From positions 124,001-188,000 of the forward strand of contig RSEE01000111.1 of NCBI GenBank assembly GCA_003971905.1: 64,000 bases of DNA. The letters are read 5' to 3'. The notes under the pieces were generated by a model. The model ran no database searches. It saw only the letters and a list, made by a program, of their open reading frames with translations, and had not been told where the DNA came from. The position numbers were made by a program, and so were the translations under genes. Below are positions 38,062-53,500 of the stretch, piece by piece; position 1 is the first letter of the stretch; the number at the start of each line of letters is the position of its first letter. The DNA is from Moniliella sp. 'wahieum' (lineage: Eukaryota).

Positions 38062-39477
38062 CCAGCTGGCTATGGCTAGGCCACCTGCCTGTCGCGACGA
38101 TGGGCCAGGCGACCGAGAGAGCGCGCGCCAGGCCACGTGTGTGGCCCTCCCGTGCGCCAGTCGCCTCGGCCCTCGGTGCCCACACGCGCCTTCCACGCGC
38201 CGTCGAGGAGGCAAGATCGATGCTAGGCAACGGACCGCGGGATCAGCATCGCGCTGGCGAGCTTATGCCGCCGCCAGCGCACCGGCACCGGCCTCGCCAC
38301 CCTACCGAATCCCACACTGCAATTGGGCGTCTGGGACAACCTCCCTCGCCCCCGCTTCATACTCAATGAACAGCGTTGGGATTGATGTGGAGGATCAGTA
38401 GTGTGCTACAGCTAGACGCTTGGTTCGTGCTCGCCTCTCGTGGCCATCGCAGTCAACGGTGCAGACCAATGGCGTTACCGTCAGCCATGCAACTCACCCG
38501 CCCGCCTCCGACCCACGACACTCGGAACGTACGAAGGCTAACGTCAGTGCGTAGCTTGCCATCCAGCCAAACCAGATAGCCACGTGCACCTCTCCATGCT
38601 CCATCATGATTGCGCCGCAACCGCGTGGCCCGTTCCCCGTTCACGCGCTCGCAGTGCCCTCTTCGCCACAGCAATCCCGCTCCCGCCGGGGCCCGTTGCA
38701 CGCCAGCCCTGGCGCAGGCCGCAACCGCAACTGCTCTGGGCTAGCGGTGTTCTTGGCGGGTTTTGAACGTACACTGCGACTGGTTGCAAGAAGTATACTT
38801 ACTGTCAAGCCTGAGCACGGCCAACAATCGACCTGTTTAGTTTGGCTGCGAGGTCTCCGACGTACGTCTCAAGTAGTAACTGTACCCGGTACCGGGTACC
38901 GGGTACCCTGATGCACCATGACAGCCGCATCCGTGTGGTACGCTGCGTATCTGTTCGATGGACGAAGAAGGAAATCGCTCCGCTGCCTGGTACCTTCCAA
39001 CCTTACACTGCAGGCATTGCAGCACCTATCTATCCCGTCCCCGCCCCCCGAGCCAAGAGCCACGGATTGTCGGAGCTAGCCTCTTGCTCGATCAGCTGCA
39101 GTGGCGCATCTACAACTACTAGCAGCGGGCTATGTTTCGGTGGTCACGGCCCTAACCTAGCCCACTGGCACCGTTCAAGAGAACGAGTCGTCGTGCATAT
39201 TGTACGCTAGGCCGAACCGAATGCCTCCAACTGAATGATTCATCATGTTTTTTTCGTTCAGTACCATGACTCGGAGCTGGCGGAGAGACGAGAAGGGTGT
39301 GTGGTCTTCATAGAACGAATGAGTGGGAGAAAGAACAGTTGGTGCTACTGGAATCGGCAGACTTCTCCGCCGCACGCAACGAATAATGAGGCACCAAGCA
39401 CTGGGCAGGGCAGCCGGCAGTCCGGGGACACGAACCAAGCAGACCTCTTCCATCACTACCCACGGATGTGTTGCCCA

Positions 39478-41876
39478 TTACCAGTCCCGTTTCCGTTCCC
39501 GGTACCGTACCATAGGCAATTTTCTGCTCCCGTGTCCGTTGGCGTGCTTCGGAATGGGCCTTTTCCAGGCCAGAGCCAGGCGCCAATTCTGGTCTTCGAG
39601 CTTGGCGCAGCGTTGCTCGAGGCGCATCCTCTCTATCTCTCGGTGCGCATTGTCGCTCAAAATCTCGATCCGGAGGGCTTCAAGTTGCTCTTCTTCCGCA
39701 CGGACGCGCTCGGCCTCCGAACTGCCGGTGCGCACCTCTTCATGCACGTTGTCCAGTTTGGTCCTGCAGCGACCCAGTGCTCTGTTCGACGTGGTCGGCC
39801 TGAGCACGAGCTTGGTCCAGTTGCTGCGTAGTTAGCCTCTGCTCTGCCTCCATCGCCTGTACCGTGCGAAGGTGGCCTGGTGCGCTTCTTTCTCTCTCGT
39901 TGCAACTCCTGCTCCAAAAAAGCGATTTGCTTTGCACTCTGCTGTGCTTCCTCGTCCTTGTCCCGCATCCGTTTCTGCGCCTCTAGCTCCCGCGCCTCCC
40001 GCACCGCATCGAGGCGCGCCTGCTGCTCACGACGCTCCATCTCGTGCATCGCGCGCTGCAGCTCTTGGGTCAGAACCACGACACGCTCCGTTTTCGCCCG
40101 CAGGAGCAAACCCCAATGCGCATGCTTCTTGTGACGCAACGTACGACGACGCATCATTTTGATCGTCGTCTCTTGCAGCTGAGGAAGTGGAAGCGTCTGC
40201 CGATCCAGGTGCGCAGTCTCCCTTCGCCCTGCCTCCTCTAAGATTCCACTCTGCTTGATCCAAAGATTCCGTTGTCGAGGTGCTAGATGGCGGGGAATCG
40301 TCCGTGGTTGCGGTTGCATATGGGGTTGCAGCTGCGCTTGCGGTTGAAGCCACGGCCCCCGGTACCGTTTTCCTCTTCCTGCTCCCCTGGACCTCTTCCT
40401 GCAGCTCTAACTTCCCATCCTGTTCCACTGGACCTCACTGCAGCTCCAACTGTTCTTCCTGCTCCAACTGGACCTCATCTTGCAACTCCAAATTGTCCTC
40501 ATCTTGCAGCTCCAATTGATCCTCCTGTTCCTGCTCCACCTGGACCTCGCCATCCTGCTGCGACTGTACCCCTCCGCCTGGTCAGCGGGATAAGGTGGTC
40601 GGAAGGCAGGGGGGGCGCAGGTGGTGCAGGGTCTGGCCCCAGCCCAGTTTGCTTCGAATGGAAGAACGCAAGAGCGCTACAGGAGTCACGTATGCGCGCC
40701 AGGATGCGAGCCTCGTGAAGGGAAGGCCGTACCACCACGCGGGCGATGCTCTGGCGGGTACATGTACGCCATGCGCATCTACATGCGCATGTAGTGTCGT
40801 GGGTCGTGGGTGTCGCGTGCGCGTGCACACCAACTGACCCCTGCAGTCTGCCCGCTTGCTCCCCCGCGTCGCTGGTGGGGAGCTTTCCGCGAGGCGAACC
40901 AGGCGGGGTGGACCAGGGTGTTGTGGGTCGGATCGCAAGTTCCATTTTCCTCCCTGTGATCGGTATCGTTCGGAGAAGAGAGGGTGGGATGTGGGCATGG
41001 GCATGGGCGGACACCAGTACAGGACCCTCCTCAGATGGCGCGGGCGGCGTCGCCTCTGAGCCCCCCCGCAGATCTGCGGGCGTGGATGGACGAGGCCGAG
41101 ACTGTGGATAGCAGGGAATGCGAAAGGGACAGAGGGAAAGAGGAGTCAGGCAGGGGCACCTGGCATGGATCGTCGTCCTCGCTATCCTGGCACAGAGAGG
41201 AGGGTGCGAGATCCTCTTCTTGCGCGGTCTCGTGCACCTGGCTGTCGTGAATGCCGCGCCTACAGGGATGGGCGTTGACAGGTGCGGGTCGTATTTGGCC
41301 ACACTAGTGCGGGCACACTTGGCAGGATACAGCAACCGGTCTCTACGCTCGCCAATGCATAGCCTTTTGTAAGTTGTTGCCTTCTAGGTACAGGGTGCGG
41401 ATGGACAGGCTAGCGTCCTCATCGTTCACGGGTGCACCTGGCGATGAAGATGGAGGGTTAGTGTGAATCGTGTGGAAATGTGTGCGCCACTTGTTTCGCC
41501 CCTATCGGGGTAGAATGCAATCCATCGTCGATACATGTGCCAATGGAGGGGGGTGATGAAGAGGGAACTGGCTCGTGTCGGCCGCTGGATCCCGTGGGCT
41601 GTTGCTTGGGTTGCGGCCCGTCGCACATTCACGAAACTGGGCCTCGAGTGGGGCTGGAAAGGGAGGAGGTATCCGTGCCTAGGTCTACACTTTCGTCGTG
41701 CTGATGGCGTGTGGGCCAGCGGACACGATGAGCGGCCGGCGGCATGATCGGTGGGCGGTTCGGGGCCACGGCGGAGGATGGAGGTGGGGTTGGGTGGGCG
41801 GGGCGGTGGTGGGGCCGCCGCGTGCGGGCGTTTGAGGCTGTGGCGCCGGGTGTGGGTTGGGGGGCGTAGTGGGCAT
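39478..41876 (-). CDS. Hypothetical protein with acidic Q/E/L repeat and long C-terminal coiled coil
   Basis: Frameshifted blocks with coiled-coil character (ELQRAMHEMERREQQARLDAVREARELEAQK..., EEEQLEALRIEILSDNAHREIERMRLEQR); TATA-like TATATAAG about 55 nt upstream of ATG 41876. Gene structure uncertain. Confidence 0.5.
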
Positions 41877-43652
41877 CGCATGTGGACAGGAGAAGAACCG
41901 AGCAGGGAAGGCCGAGGGGGGGCCGGCTGACTTATATAGAGACGCACGCTGGTGTGTGGTTATTGTTATAGGCGAGGGCGAGGACCGAAGCTTGCCGAGC
42001 GGAGGAACACGTGACGCGGTGGGACATCGCACTACGTCAGAGAGCGCCGATGCCATATATGTCGCTAACCGGTTGACCCTATAGATCTCTAGCTGGAGGA
42101 TGGGCGTGCAACCAACCAACTGAACGCACCGACGCACCCACCCCAACTATCGTAGCGACGCTCAACGAACCTCGTTTTCCCATCTAATTTGTTCAATGCC
42201 GCCTGCCACAGTGCTGACGCAACCTCCCCCGGTGCCATCGGCTTGTCCTCAGTCAGTATGCCCCCCTCCACTCCGGCCCACATTCCATCGCCTTGGCTGC
42301 ACTCGCATTGCTCGCCCATCTCGATGCTGGAATGCTGAAGCAATCCTAACTGTGACGGGCGAGTACCTCATATACCAGCAGGCACTACTAGTAGTCTACC
42401 CTTGGACGGTGTGCCGTGCACCCCCTCCCCCACACCACCTTGAGGTCGGCGACCCAGCACCAGATCTCCCATCCGAATGAATACGTCTCCCTACTCTAAC
42501 CATACTTTGATCTTCACTTGCTAGAGGGGGGTGCCTGACTCTGCATGATACAAAGCGAGAAAGGGGGCCAGAAAAAGAACGTAGAAACTGAGTGAAGCGA
42601 AAGGTGAAGCTCTCTGTTGTGACGACGGCAAAGTGGCAAACCAGGAGCAGAACAAGCTCCTTCGTGGCGCGAGGCGGGGAATTGGAGCTGGAGAGAGAAG
42701 AGAGCACTGGAGAAAGATAGAGTCAGGATTGAAGAAGCAATCACTACCATCATCAGTGAGGAACTCATTCTGATGACCATTTCCCGTTGAACGTTGACAA
42801 TTGGAAAATGGTGGCATTCTCAAATCGGGTTGTGAGCGCACGTTCGGTTCTACCGATCCGGCGGGTCAAAGTCAAAAAGGTCAAAGGCCCATTGTCACAA
42901 GCTTCTTACGTTGCTGCAAACACCCCTTGACAAGAAGTACTTGAGCTGTATAGGTGCCGCAGAGAATGCTCCAATCGATCCCACTTTGCTACGCTTCAAA
43001 CGTGCATGGTGGGCTGGGCCGTGCTGAGATGATGCATGGGTCAAGCTCAAGGACGTAACAGTGGGCAGAGGCGGTTCAAGTTTGGAACTGTCCTCCGCCG
43101 ATTAGAATACCAGGTTTACGAACGAGATGCATGGCATGTTTCGTGTCCGCTGGCTGAGAATCGCGTCCGGCGGGCGGACCTTATGACAATGCGAATGATT
43201 GAAGGCGGCGAGGGCAGGAGCGCATCGGGCTGTGGACGGGTTCAGGAAGAAGATGGGGGAGCACTGCGTACACAACACATTATGATTCCGAGGCGGACAT
43301 GAAATGAGTTGCTGAGATGAGATCTGAAGATGGATAAGGTTCTGAGCCGAGATGGGATCGAGAGCTGATGGGCGTGTGGGACAGCGTCGCAGAGTGGGCT
43401 GAGCAGGCCAGACATCCCAGCGCAGCGGCCGGACGGGTGCTCGTCTGGTTTAAGCTGGGCTACTTGGTTATCAGGGTAAACGGCAACATCAGCTCCCCGG
43501 CGCAGGCACCACCACGCACTGCGTACTGACCTAACTAGTAACTAGTAACTGACAGGCGTGCTGTGGCGTCCTGCTGGGCAGGCTGAGCACGGGGCGGAGA
43601 GTGGCGCTGTGCGGCGCGTGACATCATCGCAGTGTGCGGGCTGCAGAGTTAA

Positions 43653-45088
<1,436 letters not shown>

Positions 45089-45888
45089 TGATGCTTTTAT
45101 GACTGGGCTCTCGGTTGTGATCCCTTAATGAAAACACATCCTTCCTGTATCTAACCCACGGAATACTTGTAGGGTGTTGACAGATAGATAGCATGCTCTT
45201 GTGAGGCATGGGGGGTGGGCAAGCTTGACTTCCTGATGGTTCCGAGCAATTTTCGAGGGTTAACCGTTAAATGGGGAGACTATTCGGCTGTGTTGACATC
45301 TGTGGTCGCGATGAACTGGTGCTGTTGGCCATCGCTTTGTGGCCAGGTTAGCTGGGGCTGAACGTTGAGGCTCGGCTGAGCGGCTAGCTTGGGCTCTACT
45401 ATGGAGTCGTGATGGGCTGTGCTTCATCTAACCACGCCCACCGGACCGCCATGGTGCGCGGGGACCTACACCTGACCTTGGCCACTTCTTCTCAGCCTGA
45501 GATCCTTCTCCTCTCTTCGCCTCCGCCGCCGAGCCCAACAGCGTGGGCGCCACTAGCGGCACGCATGCTGGCGGTGCCAGCATCTACGCTACAGTCACTA
45601 GTCACGCCCCGGGAGCATCCAGCCAAGACGACAGGACGTAGATTGATTGCCAGAAAAAAGCGGCGATGCGCGCCGGCGGTATGGATGGATACGCAGTCCT
45701 TCCTCCATACACGCACGCCATGCCGTAGGTAGGACCAGCTGGGCCCGTCAGCGCACTCGTTGCTGGCCCAGCTGATCCCGTTTTTTTTGGTCAGAGGAAG
45801 AGCGCCAACTCGACCTCCACCTCCATCTCGACCTCCACCTCCTTCTCCTCCCCCTCACCCTCCGCCTTCTTGTTTTTCGCAGCACCGG

Positions 45889-48325
45889 CTATGCGGGCAG
45901 GTGGCTGAGGATGAACACGTCCCGCAGTAAGCGCGACTCTGCGACGGTGAGCATCAGGCGGTCGTTCTGGAGGCGCTGCCACTGAGCCAGCTCCGCATCT
46001 CGCAGCAGCGTGCGCGCCAGCGCCGTTGTCTCGTTGGCCTTTTGCGCCAGCTCGGCGCTCCATGCTGGCTGGCCCGGGCGGCGGTGTGCGGGCGCGACGA
46101 GTGGGTTGGGCGTCGCGTCGGCAGCTGCCTGCGCCGTCTCAACCCGGTTGGCAATCGTCCAGGAAAGCGCATCTTGAAGGATGCGTCGGCGCAGCAGGTT
46201 TTCCAACGTATGGTACCAGCGGTCCAGCAGCCAGCTGAACGCGCGGTCCATATCGACATAGTAGAGGAAGATGGTCCGGATCACACTCCGGTCCGCCGAC
46301 TTGGGCACTTCCTGCAGCTGCAACAACGTCGCGCGCAGCATCTTGGTGCACAGTTCGCGCGTTTGTGCCAACGGCAACAATGCCGCATCTTTAATTGCCT
46401 TCTCGTCCAGTTTGCCCTGCTCCGCCAACACCATCCACACCCGCTTCGCCGCGGCCCAAACTCCTCTGCAATCACCCCGGCCAACAACTCCATCCTCAGC
46501 CGTCGCCCAATCGTGGCAAACTGCACCGAGAGCGTCGCATTGTGCGACAAGCCCGTGCCCCCCCCACTGCCTCCCACTTGGCTTACTACCGCGCGGTCCG
46601 CGTGGATCGCATCCACCGAGTTGGTCAGCAACTTGACCGCCTCTCGCAGCGCCGCCGAGGTGGGCACTTCGGAAGCGGCATCGCTCTGTTCGCCCTTGCG
46701 GCGTTTACGTCGGTGTTGGGAAGAGGAAGAGAGCCCCAGCTCCTTTCGAAGCGCCTTTCGATCGAACGTGGCCACCAGGTCTTGGCCCAGCGACCTCGGC
46801 AGACGCGCTTCCAACGCCGTCAGGCTGAATGGATTCGAGACCAGGTCGGTTACGCTCTGTTCCGCATCCACTTCCGCCGTCGATTCAGCCGCGGTCACCA
46901 TCGCACGGAACAGGTCCGCCATGGCTGGACTGCTGTTAAACCAATCGCCCACAGCAGAGGCGAACGTCTTATGACAAAAGGGTCAGCGGTCAGCAGGTAG
47001 CTCCTCGATTCATCCCAATGACCACGAACTGCGTACCTCATTTCGAATGTGCACGTCAAAGCGCTCATAGTTGAGCCGGAGAAAGATATCGTGGTCAATG
47101 TCGTACTTGTCCAACACGCTTTGCTCTTTGGCGTCGATGGACCCGGCCGGACTGCTGTCCTCCTCGGGCGTCTTGCGCTTGGAGCGGGTCGACTTGGTGG
47201 ACTTGCGCGCCGATCCGTTGCTCAGTCCATTGGCGCCTTTCAAATGCTGCGCCGCCCGGCGGCATCTGCCGAACGGGGGACCAAGCCGAGCCGGTGGCCC
47301 GCCAGCGTCTCGCGATACGACGTTCGGTCTTCTTCCAAGATGCGCACACGCACCTTGGCTTTAATTTCCTTGATCAGTTTCGGCGTCTGGATCGCGCCTT
47401 TGCCCCCGACGCCGTCGGCATCGGGACGGGTGGCGTACTCGCGCTCGTACGCGATCGCCTTCTCCCGCGCACTAATGTGCGCCGACAAGACACTCGGACG
47501 CACGTACCCGCGCACCAACAATACCGCCAACAACGTCTCTAGCCGCGCGTACCGAATTGGGTCGTAAGGCGGCGTGCCCTTGGGCACCTCGGCGGGCGCC
47601 GGCGCAGCGCTGCCCTTGGCCTTGGCCGTGGGACGCACACCCGCCAGACGCGTGAGAAGGTCGTGCACTTGGAGCTTGCCATGCTGCAGAATCAGCTGCA
47701 CCACCGCCTCCCCATCTGGCCCAAACGCATCCAACGCCGTACCAATGTACTCGCCAAACCACAGACGCGACAGAACCTCGTCCGGGTTGATCTCAAAGTA
47801 CTCGGTGCCCGCCGGGACCGCGTCGGTGCTAGCCTGCACCGAATTCAGCATCTTGCCCTTGGCATCGAGCCGGACGTGCCAGCAGACGTTGTGCTGGACC
47901 AGCACCATCAGCGCATGGTGGATCTCCAAGGAGCGGGTGAGCGGGCCGAGCGGCTCAGCAAGCGGGTGCCGGCCTGCCTCGGCGATGGAGCTGTCGGTGA
48001 GGGACAAGGCCGAGCTGCCCGACGTGGCGGAACGACTGAGCGGGCCGGCAGCGCGCGCACTCAGGGCTGCTCGTGCTCCTCGGGCGTCCCTGGGCGGCGT
48101 GACGACGCCGGCGGAGGTGGTGTCGGCGGGCGCGCCGAGCGAAGCGCCCGACGACAAAAAGTACTGCAGGTCGCGCACACTCAGCCGGCCGCGCGCGAGC
48201 AGCACCGCAGCCACGCGGCCGGCCACGGGGCCAAAGTGCTCGTGGATGATCTCGGCACACAGCGACAGCTTGTCGCGCGAGTTGGATGCGCCCAGCACAG
48301 ACGCCGCTCGGCTGCTGCTCGTCAT
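45889..48325 (-). CDS. RPC82: RNA polymerase III subunit RPC82/RPC3 (POLR3C)
   Basis: N-terminal LCAEIIHEHFGPVAGRVAAVLLARGRLS, ALMVLVQHN, LRLNYERF..HIRN, EEFG..R..W.VL.EQGKLDEK and LQLQEVPKSADRSVIRTIFLYYVD; intron near 46970-47036. Confidence 0.88.
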
Positions 48326-48833
48326 TGGCGCGCGCTTTCTCAGGCGGCGGCGATGGCGAGCGCCCAGGCCGCGGCGACGCTCAGGCGGCTAGCGAGAAAA
48401 AATGGCCAGCCGAGCGGACGCAGCCGATCGGTGCAACGCCGCCACGCGCCAACCCTACTGCCCTCTAGCGAGTACCGCCTAACCCTGCTTTAGGCCTTAG
48501 GCCGCTCGTTTTTGGTTGGCACCCGAGACGCTCATTTGCACTGCTGTAACACTAGGAAACGCACCCGGCCACCAATCCTTCCCTCCCTGCGACTACACCT
48601 CGCGCTTGCATCGCGCGCATCGGGCTGGATGACGACTACGGCAGACAACGGCACGCTTCCGCGTCGAGGATGATGAAGAAACGTTAATACTACTACGGTG
48701 AGATAAATTCACAGCGGATTTCGGTGGGGGCAGGTCCCAATGTGACCGCCGGCATCACCAGCCGGCTGTGGCGTCTCGACGCGCGCGACAGGAGCAGCTG
48801 GACGCGTCCAAGCGCACTCACTGCCTCGGCGGC

Positions 48834-50508
48834 TTAGCGGCCAATGTACTTGAGCTCGAGCCAGCGGAGCACCGGGAAGGTAATCCCAGTAAAACCCGAG
48901 GCCAGTTCAAAGCCAATGTCCCCGCCAAATGTCTTGGCAATCGGCGCCGTCCACCACGTTTGCGACATGCCCAGCACAACTCCCACCACGCCGGCGATAA
49001 ACGCACCCACAGCGGCAAGACTGATGGGCAGCTTCTTGCGGTTGTTCCAAGTGTGCTCAACGTGGTAGTTCTTAAAGTCGCCTTTGCGGAAGATAAAGTG
49101 CTCTTCGAGCACCACCGTGACAAAGATGGCAAGCCAGTAGCCCAGGATGCCCATAAAGTCTTGCAAACTGGTCGCAAACGAGTTGAAGCCCACAATGCCA
49201 ATCGGGATGTAAATCGCGGTCACAATGATTGGCCAGATGAGACGGGGCAAGGCTGCGAGGTATGCGAGATGACCGATACCGAAAGACCCATCGAGTACAC
49301 GTTGACCACATTGTTGGCCACCACCGAAAGCACCAGAATGACCATAAAGAACTTGCCGCCGCCTCCCATGGGGGGAACCAGCACCTCGCGCAGCAGACCA
49401 CCCAGCTCGTGGTCCTGGTACCCATTGTACCACCGCACCAATGCAGGGTTGGATCCAGGAATGATGTTGCCATCAGCATCGGCCACGCTGGTTGCGCCAC
49501 TGGCAATGGCCGCCCCGAGGAACATGAGCAAAAGACAAGGAATGACAATGCCGGCATAGGTGTACATGAAGATTCGTCTCCTTGGCGCATTCTCCGGCAT
49601 GTACACATTGTAATCCGAAGCAAGAGAGACCCAGCCAATCACAAAGCCCCATACGGTCCCGCCAAAGCTCAGCACACTCGCCGCTTCGGCCTGGCCCACG
49701 TTCATCGGAAGCGACACAAAGTGCTTGCCCGCAACGCCGCAGGTGACCACAAACGCAACAAACGTAGGAACCCAAGCGATCATCTCGTAGTAGTGCACAA
49801 CCCGGTACCCAAACAGACCCACGCATAGCGTGATCATCCCAATGATGACCACGCCCGGTGCGCCGTGGAGGTGGAAGTTGTCAACGCCATCCAGCACTTG
49901 GGCACCACTGATGTGTTGGAAATGGACCAGCCGACGCAGGCCATGCAGTTGAGCAGCGCGACCCACTTGGCACCGTAGTAGCCCCACGCGTACCGAGATG
50001 CGGTCATCTGCCGCAGTCCGAGTTGCGGACCAAACGTAGCGCAAAACGCAGGGAAGCAACCGGCAAAGAGCACGAAAAAGCCAATCGTCAACAACGAGTC
50101 ACCCAAGTGCAACCCAAACGCAAATGGGCCCAGTACGCCAATGGAAAAGGAGGGCACACAGCAGTTGGCCGCCAGCCAAACCATCATGTTGCCCCACAGC
50201 CGAGGGTCCGACCGTTCCGATGTCTTGACCCGCTCAATCGCACGCGCTTCAATCCCCATCCGACGCTCAAGGCGGTGGTTGTATTCGGCCATACGCCCAA
50301 GGAACCGGCCAAACTTGTTGTTGGGCAATACGATCGGCTTGTCCACATTGTCCGGGTCCTCAGGATCTTCGTCGTTAAACGAAGCCAGTTCAATCCCATC
50401 CTGCAGCGTCTTCTCGTCGTGACGGAACTTGTCAGACGAGCCGCCACTGGATGGTGGCAAGGACTGCTTCTCAATGTCGTCGTGCGCCTCCAACGACTGA
50501 ACACGCAT
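48834..50508 (-). CDS. FCY2: Purine-cytosine permease (NCS1 family, Fcy2-like)
   Basis: GIEARAIERV, WLAANC, FGPQLGLRQMTASRYAWG, FGYRVVHYYE, ASDYNVYMP, NNVVNVYSMGLS, ILGYWLAIF..EEHFIFR and GDIGFEL. Confidence 0.9.
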
Positions 50509-53500
50509 GATGGTGAGCGTGCAGGGGACGGGGTGGGAGTGGTGTGCGGGGGGGAGGGGGAGGGAGTGCACGAGCGCACGGCCTATATGGTGGGAGGAAG
50601 GTCGAGGGCCAACAAGGCAGGAACGGGATGCCAAAAAATGCTGCTACAGACACTGCAGCAGAGGTGCAAAAGTTTTGAAAGAGAAGACCATTGCAGAGAA
50701 GCGATACGGGTGCAACGAGAGTCACACGCTCCCTCTGCTGGCCCAAACAGCACCAGTGCCCGTTGGACGTTGGAGCAAAGAGCAAGCCACCGCTGGGCGC
50801 ATTTGACAATGCTGGCGCCCGAGTCTTCTTGGCTGACTAGGGGCCTCACGCCCTCAGGCCCTGCGCCGCAAACCGGCCGGCAACGAACCCTGCGGCCTGG
50901 CGTGGCAAACCTGCCGCCGGCAGCGGGGGGCGGGCAAAAAGGAACGGACGTTGTCCCGACCAACGTCGGTTCAGCGGGTGCAAATATGCAGAGACGACCG
51001 GTGCGTGCCACGCCTACCAGGCCCGGCACTCCCCCAGTGCCCGCCCCGGCTCACCCACAACGCAATATTCCGTCTGAGTACTCAGACTCGCCGGTCGCTA
51101 GGTCACTAGGTCACGAGTCCTAGTCACTCCCCGAAGCTTCTGAAACTTCTGGTGCTTGGCTCAAGCGCCCAGGTGCCCAAGGTTCAGATTCAGAGTTCAG
51201 ATCTCAGACGTCGAGACGTTCGGGCTCAGCGTGCTCAGCGCACAGGCTGAGCTCAGCCTGATCTCTTCCTCGGCTGGCCTGGGACGCACCAGGCCGCAGG
51301 GCGCCAAGCAGGCCCGGCAAATCAAGGAGAACCAGGCCCAAACCATGTGGGCGTAGCGTCCCTGACGGGGCACTGCCGCCGTGCCACCATTGACGGGACC
51401 GCTTGGCGCCACAGCACCACACCAGTGTCGGACCCCGAGGTCGGGGTGTGGCTTCGCCCACCTTGGGTGGCTCGCAGCACGGGGGCACACTACCCGTCCT
51501 GATAAGGCACTGTGCCGGTATGGAGAAATAGGATTTTTTAGCCGCGTATGCTGAGCGCTGACATGGGCAGGAGATCCGGGGGGCGGTAGGCGGCAGAACT
51601 TGGGCCTTAGGGCGTCAGGCCGCATCAGGCCTCAGGGGGCGGCAGGAGCGGCAGGGGCGCAAGAGGAGGGGCAGCGGATGGTACCTGTGCGATAGCCGTT
51701 GCTTGCCGCGGGACATAGGACCCTGCGCGAGCAAGTGGCTGTCCCGTCCTCTGCCTGCGCTGAGGACACAGCACTGTCGCTGTGCCCGTTGTCTGCCGTC
51801 ACTATCACTAGTCACTGGGTCACCTGAGTCACAATGCACCAGTTTCCCTGCACTGGCCCCTGCATCACGCGTTCCCTTTCCAGTGAAGCTCTTGAAGCTC
51901 TTGAAGCTTGACGCGTGACGTGTGGCGATAACCGATAAGTCGATAAGGAAGCTTGAAGCTGGAAGCTGGAAGCTTGAAGTGAAAACGGAATATAGCCGTT
52001 GGTCACTAGCACTGTCACTTCGTCACTTACCAGTTACTAATCATTAATCACTTTAATCACTCGCTGAGTAGCAGTCGGGTGGTTGCCATGCGTCCACATG
52101 CCCCTACCAGGGTACCCTTCCTGGGTACCCGCAATGCACCCTATATATTCATCTGCATCACAGCATGCGCACGGCTGCCGTGCAGGTCAAAGCAAGCATT
52201 TCATTGCGCCAACGGCAATGCTTCGTCTGTTTGTGCCCTCTTCTATGCTAGTTTTCTTCTTCCTTTGCCTTTACTTCTTCGCGAGACGGGCCGCAAAAAA
52301 TCGGGATCTCCCCTTCTCCACGTGTCTACTGCAGCACGTGTCGGCTCATCAAGTTCATTGCCGTGTCAGCAAGGTTTAACACGGTTAGTTTAACGTCGTA
52401 GACATGCTCAGTCGATCAGAGAAAAGCTCGTTAATCATGCTAACGCGCCAACGGGCATCCACGTCCCAAACAACTCTGATGTCCGGTAAGAAACACATAC
52501 ACTTTATTGTTATCAGGCACAATCGGTAATACAGGAAGCTTGAGGGTATTGGGCTCCTCCATATGAAGGCACGAAGAGGGACATGCCGGATACTGACCGA
52601 TGTGTGTATCATCGACATTATCGATATCATCCTCGATCGAGCACGAACCACATACGCATCCCTCTCTTCTACCACAAGGTTCCTACACGTTCCTGTCCCT
52701 CCTTTCAAGGCAATTTCCCCCGCAGTTTGTTTCCTTCTCCGGATTAACTTTCCTATGTTCCTCTCTCTCTCCTCGTTGAGACAACACGTTATTTTCTGTG
52801 TTCCTTGGCCCCAGCGCGGCACAGATGATGGTATAGCCGACTGTACGCACCCACGTCAGGCCTACTGTTAGGGTCTGCTCACATTCTAAGCTCACACCCT
52901 CCTGGAAGCTTGAGGCTTTGAGTCCGAGTGACTAGTGACTAGTGCCATCCACTGGCATCTCGGCCTATTGCTTGTTCGGCAAATCGGCAAATCGGGGGAT
53001 GTGTTTTGGTCACCGGTCAGGGTTCTCAGGCCGACCAGACGAAGAGTTAGGTCTTCAGGTACTTTTCATGCACTTCATGCACTTCATGAGAGCCTCATGT
53101 ACTTCATGCACCATGGGCCTCATGTTGCCTCGGTCTCAGGCACTCTTCAGGCAACATATGGGCATCAGGCCTCAGGCCTGGCCTTAGGACCTCAGGCTGA
53201 GGCCTCATGCACTGGTGGCGGGAAAACTATTCGCAAGTTTTAAGTGCCTAAAAAGGTAAAAAAAATACGTACTCTGCAACGCGCCTGCCTGTCTGGCTTG
53301 GTTCGATGCTTAACGCGCTAAACGTTTACCGTTTACCGGATACCGTTTGCCGTTCATTGATACGGGTTACACATTATACGTTACGCGTTACGATCTCATC
53401 ACGTACATCGTGCGTCGTACTCCATCCTCCCTCTCCACCTCGCTTCGGCAGGTTATCATCGACCCACGTATGGGAGGGTACCTCTGGCCGCTGGTAGCCG

